Of a DNA stretch of 64,000 nucleotides, positions 8,310 through 16,390 are shown one piece after another. Position 1 is the stretch's first letter. Each line of letters opens with the position of its first letter. The position numbers and the translations under genes were made by a program. The DNA is from an uncultured Chloroflexia bacterium (GTDB taxonomy: Bacteria; Chloroflexota; Anaerolineae; Anaerolineales; Villigracilaceae). The notes beneath the pieces are model-generated. The model was not told the origin of the DNA. It did not search any database and worked only from the letters and a program-made list of their open reading frames with translations. The stretch lies in assembly GCA_963753985.1 (NCBI GenBank), contig CAVWED010000008.1, positions 82,545 to 146,544 on the forward strand, read 5' to 3'.

Positions 8310-8393
8310 GGGGCGGTGGCGGAATCGGCAGACGCAGTTGACTTAAAATCAACCGGTGGAAACACCTTGAGGGTTCAAGTCCCTCTCGCCCCA
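8310..8393 (+). tRNA. tRNA-Leu (anticodon TAA), class II with long variable arm
   Basis: Hand-folded. Acceptor GGGGCGG/TCGCCCC, anticodon arm GTTGA-CTTAAAA-TCAAC, variable arm CGGTGGAAACACCTTG, T arm GAGGG-TTCAAGT-CCCTC, discriminator A. Confidence 0.9.
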
Positions 8394-8399
8394 CTCACC

Positions 8400-8434
8400 A
8401 ATGTCATTGCAGACCTTCGGGAAGCAATGACATT
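8400..8434 (+). terminator. stem-loop downstream of tRNA-Leu (member of the ATGTCATTGC/GCAATGACAT hairpin family)
   Basis: AATGTCATTGC-agaccttcgggaa-GCAATGACATT, followed by a weak T-tract. Confidence 0.5.
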
Positions 8435-8447
8435 CTGCTTAGGATTA

Positions 8448-9841
8448 GTGTAAAAACAACTTCCGTACTTTACCAATTCATTTTAGACGCAAACAGGAAG
8501 CAAGCGTGGTCGGATGGTGTAGTTCCAATTGGGGCAAGTTGAGTGCCTTTCCAAGTTCAGGCTTTGAATCACCTCATCCTCCACTTTGATGCCACGAGCA
8601 TAGACCTGATCCACTTGGAAGGCAGCTACTTGAAGTCCGGCTTGAGTGGTAGTGCCACGGATGTAGGCCAGCATCGTCTCCAAAGTCCGTAAAGGTTTGC
8701 CGGCCCAATTGAGGCTGACGGGGCCGAACAAACGATGTTCGATTGGATTCCACTTGGAGGCGTTTTTGGGATAATGGCAGATGATCACTTCCAAGCCTAG
8801 CCGGTCCGCCAACTGTTCTTGCACCTGGAGTTTCCACAGTCGCGAACGCCAGCCATTACTACCGCCGCCATCGCAAAGGATCAATAGACCCGGTGTACTG
8901 GGAAAATCGTACTGTCCAAAGGTCTGCCACCAGCGAGCGATCATATCGACTGCGAATTGGGCGGTGTCCGCGGATTGACTGACGTAGAGGTAGCCGCGAT
9001 TGTGGTTCAAGTCATAGATGCCGTAAGGAACGGCTTTGCAAATAGCCTCCGATTCAAAATCGTGGTCGTTGACTGCTTCGGCGGTTTGGCACCAACACCG
9101 TCCGGCGTTCTTAAAGTCGCCAATGAGCTCTTTTTTCTTGGCATCTACGCTGATCACGGGCCAGCCGCGGCTCAAAAAGAGCTGCTTTTGGGCATGGATG
9201 TACTCAAACTGCGTATTCCGATCCGGATGCTGTGCTCCCGCCAGCCGTTTGGAATTGACCTTGAGTGAGTAATTGGCCTTCTTCAACAGGCGCGCCACGG
9301 TCTTAGGACAGGCCGGATGTCCGCTGGCGTTCAGCTTTTTACTCAATTGGCGCAAGCTGCTGCGCACCCATTTCTGTGCGCTCATCGGATTGCCTGCTGT
9401 TTCGGGATCAATCATTTCATGCAATGTGGTTTCTATCTGCGGATCTTTTTTTCTACCGGAGGTCGTCCACCGCCCGCCGAACGCACCTGCTGCGTGGGCC
9501 GGGTAGCCAAACCTTGTTTCACCTCTTGTTGCCCACGCTCAATCGTCTTCTCGTCTATTCCAAAGATCTGCGACAGCAAGCGCACACCCCCATAACCCAG
9601 CCGGTTCGCTTCCACCGCCACATACCAGCGCCGCTGTTGCTCGTCCAACCGGCTTGCCAACAGGTTCATTTGCCGGTGGATCTCTTTATCCGGATGTTCT
9701 CCCGGTCCTTGACAATGTCCACATTGACAGACATGAACTGCTGAGATCGGCATGCGTTACTCCATTAGATCGTTTTATCTACCCTATATTCTAAATCGTC
9801 CTTTGCTCACAGACATTAAAAAACGGAACTTGTTTTTACAC
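8448..9841 (-). mobile_element. ISAzo13-family insertion sequence
   Basis: Terminal inverted repeats GTGTAAAAACAACTTCCGT (8448-8466) and ACGGAACTTGTTTTTACAC (9823-9841), 18/19 matching, enclose the transposase. Confidence 0.75.
8483..9753 (-). pseudogene. ISAzo13-type DDE transposase split into two frames at an A7 tract
   Basis: ORF 9433-9753 (CQCGHCQ...GGGRPPVEKK) and ORF 8483-9424 (DPETAGNPMSAQKWVRSSLRQL...DAKKKE...) join by a -1 shift at A-AAA-AAG (9445-9451). Confidence 0.75.
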
Positions 9842-9861
9842 ACCTACTTAGAAAGGTTGTC

Positions 9862-11013
9862 ATGTATTTTGATCGTCAAAAGTTGGAAGAACTAGAAGAC
9901 AAAGCTCTTGCGCCATACGGTGTGCGCAGCAAGGACACCAAGGGCCGCGCCTATCTGGACGATGAGCCAGATTATCGCACTGCGTTCCAACGCGACCGCG
10001 ACCGAATCATTCACACGACGGCCTTCCGCCGCCTCGAATACAAGACCCAAGTCTTCATCAACAACGAAGGCGATTACTTCCGCACGCGGCTGACCCACAC
10101 GCTCGAAGTTGGCCAAGTTGGACGCACTATCGCGCGCACGCTGGGAGCGAACGAAGATTTAGTCGAAGCCATTTGCCTCGCGCATGATCTCGGTCATTCC
10201 CCGTTTGGACATTCCGGCGAAGTGGCGCTTGCGCGCTTGATGAAGGATTACGGCGGCTTCGATCACAACAAACAATCTCTGCGCATCGTCACGGAACTCG
10301 AAGAGCGGTATCCCGAATTTCCTGGCCTAAATCTTACCTGGGAAGTCCGCGAAGGCATGGTGAAGCACGAATCGGAATATGACGTATCGGACGCGCGCGA
10401 TTACGATCCCAGCCTGCGCGGCAATCTCGAAACTCAAATCACCAATGTTGCCGATGAGCTGGCGTACTCCACGCATGATCTCGATGACGGCCTGCGCTCC
10501 GGATTGATTTCTCCATCCATGTTATCTGGAATTGCGTTGTGGGAAATCCTGTCCGAGACTTTCAACTGGCACGGCCCAGATCTCGACGAGTTGGAACGCC
10601 ACCGCATGATCCGCCAGTTGATTGGATTGGTGGTCACGGACATGATCGAAGCGACAGACCAGCGTCTAAAAGAGAGCGCCGTCAAATCGCCGCTTGATAT
10701 TCAAAAGCTCAAAACGAATCTCGTTGGTTTCAGCGAAGATATGGAGCGCCGCAACCGCGAGCTTAAAGACTTCCTTTATAAAAACATGTACAACCACTAT
10801 CGTGTGGTGAGGATGGCAGTCAAAGCCGAACGCGTGATTACCGATTTATTCAACGCGTATAAATCGGAACCTGCAATGTTACCCGAAACCGCACATAAGT
10901 CCATTGACAAACGCGAGCTTGAGCGTACAATATGCGACTACATCGCCGGAATGACCGACCGCTTTGCAATCGAAGAACATCAAAAATTATTCAATCCATT
11001 GGAAAAGCCATAG
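9862..11013 (+). CDS. dgt: dGTPase-like deoxynucleoside triphosphate triphosphohydrolase (HD domain)
   Basis: FQRDRDRIIHTTAFRRLEYKTQVF...RLTHTLEVGQV...HDLGHSPFGH...DRFAIEEH. Confidence 0.85.
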   Translation: MYFDRQKLEELEDKALAPYGVRSKDTKGRAYLDDEPDYRTAFQRDRDRIIHTTAFRRLEYKTQVFINNEGDYFRTRLTHTLEVGQVGRTIARTLGANEDLVEAICLAHDLGHSPFGHSGEVALARLMKDYGGFDHNKQSLRIVTELEERYPEFPGLNLTWEVREGMVKHESEYDVSDARDYDPSLRGNLETQITNVADELAYSTHDLDDGLRSGLISPSMLSGIALWEILSETFNWHGPDLDELERHRMIRQLIGLVVTDMIEATDQRLKESAVKSPLDIQKLKTNLVGFSEDMERRNRELKDFLYKNMYNHYRVVRMAVKAERVITDLFNAYKSEPAMLPETAHKSIDKRELERTICDYIAGMTDRFAIEEHQKLFNPLEKP

Positions 11014-11022
11014 AATACTCCC

Positions 11023-11487
11023 ATGCCTGAACCCACCTACCTAACCCCCGAAGGCGAGGCCAAACTTAAAGCAGAACTGGAAGAGCTTAAAGGGCCCCGC
11101 CGCCAAGAATTATCCGTTCGACTGCGCTCGGCAATTCAAATGGGCGATCTATCCGAGAACGCGGACTATCACCAAGCCAAAGAAGATCAGGGTTTCCTCG
11201 AAGGCCGCATTCAGGAACTTGAACACGTTTTGCGGAATGCGGTGATCATTCAGAAAAGCACTTCAAAGGGTGTCGTGACTGTCGGCTCGCAAGTGACAAT
11301 TCAAGAAGGAAGCTTCCCAGCAGAAACTTATTATGTTGTCGGAGCCAAGGAGGCCGATCCGCGCAACGGAAAGATATCAAACAAATCGCCGATTGGCCGC
11401 GCTCTAATGGATCACAAAGTCGGCGAGGTGGTCGAAGCGGAAACTCCGGCAGGAAAGATCAAACTCAAGATTTTGAAAATCGAATAA
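11023..11487 (+). CDS. greA: transcription elongation factor GreA
   Basis: LTPEGEAKLKAELEELKG..RR.EL..RL..A...GDLSENADYHQAKEDQGFLEGRIQELE plus a C-terminal FKBP-like domain. Confidence 0.9.
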   Translation: MPEPTYLTPEGEAKLKAELEELKGPRRQELSVRLRSAIQMGDLSENADYHQAKEDQGFLEGRIQELEHVLRNAVIIQKSTSKGVVTVGSQVTIQEGSFPAETYYVVGAKEADPRNGKISNKSPIGRALMDHKVGEVVEAETPAGKIKLKILKIE

Positions 11488-11569
11488 ATATAGCGTGATC
11501 GAGTAGGGAGCGGCGGCTAGCCACTCCCTCTCACACCACCGTACATGCGGGGCCGCATACGGCGGTTCA

Positions 11570-12160
11570 TCAAGCAGAACGCAGTTCGTGATACCGTTCT
11601 TTGATGCTCTTCAGCCCTGAGTTATGCCAATAGGTATTGCTCAGGGCTTGATTTATCACAGGTGCGGCAGACATTCGCCAAGGACTTGTGCCTTTGGCTC
11701 CTTCTTGTGCCCATTGTTTTGGGACGCCCAGCTTCACTAATTCTCGATAGCGGGTTGTACTTCGTTTCCAGCGTTTCCAAATCAGTTGCCTCAATCGTCG
11801 TCGTATCCAACTGTCCAGCTCCTCAAATAGGCTCGGTGTGTCAGCCAGCCGGTAATATCCGATCCAACCGATGATATAACGGTTGATCTCTTCCAGGATC
11901 TGTTCCAGTGTGCCGCTCCGAGTGCGCTTGGTCAGGTTGCGTAGCTTTTCTATAAAGCGTTCCTTCGTTCGGTTCGCAATTCGGATTAGCACCATCCCTT
12001 TGCGCCTGAAGAAACTGAACCCAAGTATTTTCACCTTCCCCACTTTCTCAACCTTACTTTTCTTGGGATTGACTTTCAACTTCAGCTTCTTTTCCAGAAA
12101 CCCTTTCACGCTTTCCATTACTCGTTCACCCGCTCGCTGCGTTTTGACATAAATGTTGCG
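11570..12160 (-). CDS. group II intron A reverse transcriptase/maturase, C-terminal part (downstream of nested intron)
   Basis: (C)NIYVKTQRAGERVMESVKGFLEKKLKLKVN...YIIGWIGYYRLADT is the post-YADD finger/thumb (maturase X) region. Confidence 0.75.
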   Translation of the reverse strand, partial: RNIYVKTQRAGERVMESVKGFLEKKLKLKVNPKKSKVEKVGKVKILGFSFFRRKGMVLIRIANRTKERFIEKLRNLTKRTRSGTLEQILEEINRYIIGWIGYYRLADTPSLFEELDSWIRRRLRQLIWKRWKRSTTRYRELVKLGVPKQWAQEGAKGTSPWRMSAAPVINQALSNTYWHNSGLKSIKERYHELRSA

Positions 12161-14026
12161 GTGAGTGGCCCGAGGGAGTTTCACCCTCGGGCTCTCTCAG
12201 AACCGGACGTGAACCTCTCAGCTCATCCGGCTCCCGTTATCCAGCCGCAGGCAGTATGCCCATCTGCCAATGAACAAACAATTCGGGTAAATTCTTGGCC
12301 AGTCTCCCTATCCAATGAATTGCTCTGATTTTGTGCCGTGCTAACTTCTTGTATTTCCGCCGTGCCCAGAGAATCAGCGCATCGTTGATATGGCGTAACA
12401 CTGGATAGAGTTGCGATTTGTAGAAGCGGCCGTAATAATTGACCCAGCCTCTGATGATTGTATTAAACATCCTCGAAAGTTCATCGATCTCTTTGTCTGA
12501 TTTCAGTTGCAGGCGCCAACTTCGGATGGTTTGTCTCATGGCTTTGCACGCTTGATTGCTTACCGCTGGTGTAAAATTGATGAAATACTTTCCCCAGCGA
12601 TTCTTTGACCTCCTGGGCCGAAAGGTATAGCCCAGAAAGTCAAATGCCGTTACCGGGTAGTCCCCTTTTCGATCATCATCCTTGCAGTACACAATCCAGG
12701 TTTTCTCCGGGTGCATTTCTAATCCACACTGCTTCAACCGTTCTTCCAGCTTGATCCGTAAGGCTTCAGCTTCCGCTTTCGTTCGACAATGGATCACTGC
12801 ATCATCCGCATACCTTGCCCACGGATTGCGTACATTCTCTCTGCTCATCCATTGGTCAAACGCATAATGCATGAATAGATTCGCCAAGATCGGACTGATT
12901 ACCCCGCCTTGGGGTGTCCCAGCCGTTCGTTCAATCCTGGTTCCATCCTGCATCTGAAACGGCGCTTTCAGCCACCTTTCAATATAGAGTATCTCCCATG
13001 GACTGTTTGTATGTTTCCGCACCGCTTTCATTAACAGTTCATGGTCGATCCGGTCAAACAGTTTCTTGATATCAAATACCAGCACCCAGTCATAACGCCA
13101 GCATCTCTCACGCGTTTTTCCCACCGCTTCAATAGCTGACTTCCCTGGTCTGTATCCATAGGAGTCTGCCTGAAAGTAGGGTTCCACCTTCGGCTCAAAG
13201 TGCAGCTTGACCGTCATTTGCGCTACACGATCGGCTACGGTCGGTATCCCCAGGATTCTCGTCCCTCCGCTTTTCTTGGGTATTTCCACTGCCTTAACCG
13301 GCGGGGGAAAGTAACTCCCGGAAGACATCCGATTCCAAATCTTATACAGGTTGCCTTTGAGATCCTCTTCAAACTTTTCGATCGTTTCTTCATCAACCCC
13401 GGCTGCCCCTTTATTCGCTTTGACTCGCTTGTATGCCTCCCAGACCGTTTGCTTGGGAATATCATACGGCTTCGTTTTGTCCATGGCTCCTCCTACTTTT
13501 CAGTAGTTGACACATCTTCAAAACCAGATCACTCAACCTCTTCGCTCCTCCACCTTTTTCGTGGTTTCCTCGCTACTATAGGTTGATCCGCCCCTATACT
13601 CCGCATTTGTACTTTCATCCTGACGGGGTTTCCGCTTGGATTTTTCCATTCGCATCGGAGTCGTAGGTTCCCACGTTCCGTACTAAAGCCTGTGTGATGT
13701 TCACGCCGCCTTCATGCCGGTCACCGTCTGGTCAGTAATCAGGTTCCTTCCAGACTTATCCCAAGTCAACAACTCTACCTGGTTTTGATGGCTTCCCTAC
13801 GCTTTCGACACTTTATCAGCGATTCACTTGTGTTCGTCTCCATCACACTTACCTGACAGAGTCTTCGCTCTGCCTTTTCCGTAACGCTCACGACCGTGGC
13901 TTTTGTCCACTGCCGCTTACGGCGGTTTGAAGCCTCCACCTGCATGGCGGCTCCGAGGGGCCCGCCCTCATCTCTCGTACAGTTCGGCTCTGCCTCCTCC
14001 TTTCTCTATGAGTCTTCGTGGCGCAC
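12161..14026 (-). mobile_element. group II intron B nested inside the RT gene of intron A
   Basis: Starts GTGCGCCACGAAG at 14026 immediately after the YADD codons. Domain V GAGCCGGATGAGCTGAGAGGTTCACGTCCGGTTC (12200-12233). Domain VI-like stem, ends ...GGGCCACTCAC(C) at 12161/12160. Confidence 0.75.
12237..13484 (-). CDS. group II intron B reverse transcriptase/maturase (intact, no endonuclease domain)
   Basis: 415 aa. GAAGVDEETIEKF...RILGIPTVADRVAQ...YGYRPGKSA...PQGGVISPILANLFM...YADDAVIHC...RGWVNYYGRFY. Confidence 0.9.
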   Translation of the reverse strand: MDKTKPYDIPKQTVWEAYKRVKANKGAAGVDEETIEKFEEDLKGNLYKIWNRMSSGSYFPPPVKAVEIPKKSGGTRILGIPTVADRVAQMTVKLHFEPKVEPYFQADSYGYRPGKSAIEAVGKTRERCWRYDWVLVFDIKKLFDRIDHELLMKAVRKHTNSPWEILYIERWLKAPFQMQDGTRIERTAGTPQGGVISPILANLFMHYAFDQWMSRENVRNPWARYADDAVIHCRTKAEAEALRIKLEERLKQCGLEMHPEKTWIVYCKDDDRKGDYPVTAFDFLGYTFRPRRSKNRWGKYFINFTPAVSNQACKAMRQTIRSWRLQLKSDKEIDELSRMFNTIIRGWVNYYGRFYKSQLYPVLRHINDALILWARRKYKKLARHKIRAIHWIGRLAKNLPELFVHWQMGILPAAG

Positions 14027-14723
14027 AGTCATCGGCATAGCGCACAAACTTGTGCCCGCGCTTTTCCAGTTCTTTATCTAGATCGTCCAGCATGATATTG
14101 GAAAGTAACGGCGAGAGTGGGCCACCTTGCGGCACGCCTTCTTCTGCATCCATTACTACTCCATTTATCATCACTCCCGATTCCAGATAGGCTCGGATCA
14201 GCTTGAGCACTCGTTTGTCTTTCACCACCCGTGCCACGCGGGCCATCAGCATATCGTGGTTCACTCGATCAAAGTATTTCTCCAGATCGATATCCACACA
14301 CCATTCGTATCCTTCTTGCACATACGTTTGGGCTTGCCTCACAGCTCCATGCGCACTGCGGCCGGGTCGGAACCCGTAACTGTGTTCCGAAAAGAGCGGT
14401 TCGAATAACGAAACCAACACCTGCGATATCGCTTGTTGGAGAAAGCGATCTAGTACATTCGGTATCCCTAACTGCCTGACCCCGCCATCGGGTTTGGCAA
14501 TCTCAACCCGTCTGACTGGGTTCGGCCGATAGACCCCGCTTTCGAGAGCTGCCCTGGTCTCCAACCAATGTTCCTTCAGGTATGGACGAAGTTCTTTCGC
14601 CATCATCCCATCGATGCCTGGCGCCCCGCCGTTGCTCTCTACTCGCTTCATCGCTATGAGCAAGTTCTGTCTTTCCCAAATCTTTTCCCATAGCCCTGCG
14701 TCGGATGTTCGCTCGTCTCGCAT
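14027..14723 (-). CDS. group II intron A reverse transcriptase, N-terminal part (ends at YADD)
   Basis: MRDERTSDAGLWEKIWERQNLLIAMKRVESNGGAPGIDGM...RQLGIPNVLDRFLQQA...YGFRPGRSAH...PQGGPLSPLLSNIML...FVRYADD, then runs into intron B. Confidence 0.8.
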
Positions 14724-15278
14724 TGTGGACGGCTCGGCCCTCGGTTCCAATCCCGTCGGCTTCACCGACTTCGCTGGCTCCGCAGTATCCCTATCCGGGA
14801 GAGGCTGCCTTCTGTGTTCATCCTGCGAAGTGACTGCTCCTTTCAGTCGCAAGCTGCTCAAGTTACTACTCCGCTTTGATGTTCGGCCCTTCCCACCCGA
14901 TGGCGGTGGTACTTCGGCCTCGGCTGATTGGTATCCTGTGTTCTCTCAGGACCCCTGCCAATTCAGCCTGATTTCTCAATCAGGGTTCCCAGTTTTCCGG
15001 TCTAATGGCAGGTCTCCCCAGATAAGAACGTTGACTTTCTCTGCATCCCTGTCCCATTTACTGCTTCGGCCTTTGACTGCATCGGGCTTCGTTGTCGTTT
15101 GCCAACTCGCCCGGCCTCACAGCCTCTTATAGGTTTCTTGTTCATCAGGTCGCAGATTTGCCTCCGGCTTCCTCCAGACCCCACCTCACAGTGACGCCCT
15201 TGCCTTCAGCTAACAGTTGGCGCAATCAGCCTCTGTCAGAGTCTTTCACTCCTTAGTCAACACCCATGCTGGGCGTAC

Positions 15279-15316
15279 AAACAAAAGTCCGTCATTGCGA
15301 TGACGGACTTTTTTCT
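15279..15316 (-). terminator. intrinsic terminator of the 15318-16325 gene
   Basis: Minus strand AAAAGTCCGTCAT-cgca-ATGACGGACTTTT followed by GTTT. Intron A begins at the next base. Confidence 0.8.
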
Positions 15317-15317
15317 T

Positions 15318-16325
15318 TTAAGCGGGTTGAGGGCTCTTTTGCCAGATCGCCAATTCGAGCGTAATCCGCTCAAAGAAACTATTGGTAGGCAAGGCTCCGT
15401 TTCCATATTGCAAATCAACCACCTTCACCAGCAGTTGCAGAGTCGCAGTCTCGAGCATGACCTGCTTTTGCGGGTCAACAAGCACAAGCTCGCCTTTTGG
15501 CTCGAGCCGTGCGCGGATCGTCCCATCAGAAAATGCATGGGCGCTCATCAAAACTTTGGTCGCAGTCTTGATATCGTTCTTATCAAAGAGCCAAATCTCC
15601 AGGGCGGTGACTTTCTTCGGGTCGCCAACACCGATCACTTCCGAAACACCAACGCCGTACTCGCCCAAAAAGTCGCCGCTTTGTGTGTCAATGCTGAAGG
15701 ACTCATCATATAAGTCATCGCCCAAAACATACGTCGTCATGTTTTGAGTAACAGGCTGTGCAACTCCCATCGATTGAAAATCCGTCTTGCTCTTTTCAGC
15801 TTCACGGTTGATCTCGGTCATCTGCATGGTCGGCGTAACCTCACCGCTGGAGCGCTTGCTCAGCAGACGCCGCAAAAAGATAATTGCCGCAGCTGCCGCA
15901 ACTAGCAGAAGTACTGCCAAAGCTCCCAGCAAAACCTTCGAGCCCAGCGACAAGCCGCTGGAGGATGTCGGTGCGTTGCCGGAATTGGACGCTAAGACCG
16001 TTTGAATGACTTGTCCATATTCTTGGATCAAAGCCGGATTCGTTTTACCTGGGTTCTTCTGGATGTCTGAAAAAGCGGGTGCGGCCGCCGGGCCGAGACT
16101 TTCCCAGCGTTGGACGGCCAGATTCGGGTCGGGATTGACGGCGAAGGAATCAATCGCCATCCGCAGATAATCTTCCTGCAAGTCGGAACGCATAACCGCT
16201 GGAGTGGTGTTCGCGACCACTACCGTGTTCCAGCCTACGAAAACACCAATGATGATCCCCAAAACGAGAGCAACCGCCCCCACAAATAACGGCTTTTTAA
16301 CAAGAAGTTCGAGCAATGAAGACAT
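15318..16325 (-). CDS. two-TM membrane protein, unknown function
   Basis: 335-aa ORF with two hydrophobic helices (FVGAVALVLGIIIGVFVGW; LLGALAVLLLVAAAAAIIFL) and a soluble C-terminal domain. Confidence 0.6.
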   Translation of the reverse strand: MSSLLELLVKKPLFVGAVALVLGIIIGVFVGWNTVVVANTTPAVMRSDLQEDYLRMAIDSFAVNPDPNLAVQRWESLGPAAAPAFSDIQKNPGKTNPALIQEYGQVIQTVLASNSGNAPTSSSGLSLGSKVLLGALAVLLLVAAAAAIIFLRRLLSKRSSGEVTPTMQMTEINREAEKSKTDFQSMGVAQPVTQNMTTYVLGDDLYDESFSIDTQSGDFLGEYGVGVSEVIGVGDPKKVTALEIWLFDKNDIKTATKVLMSAHAFSDGTIRARLEPKGELVLVDPQKQVMLETATLQLLVKVVDLQYGNGALPTNSFFERITLELAIWQKSPQPA

Positions 16326-16390
16326 GGGAGCTCCTTCAAGCGGATCTTTCCCAATTATACAGAATATTGTTCAATCTGCAACCATCCATT

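Larger units (their letters stand above)
11498..15278 (-). mobile_element. group II intron A (outer element; boundaries within a few nt)
   Basis: 5' end GTACGCCCAGC at 15278. Split RT ORF. Domain V-like CCGCCGTATGCGGCCCCGCATGTACGGTGG (11536-11565) directly after the RT stop. Domain VI-like stem with bulged A ending CCCTACTCGAT at 11498. Confidence 0.7.

Noticed and set aside
8182-8394. 70-aa minus-strand ORF (MGREGLEPS...)
   Set aside because: It overlaps tRNA-Leu and the integrase 5' end. The GREGLEPS-type translation is the typical signature of reading through a tRNA gene.
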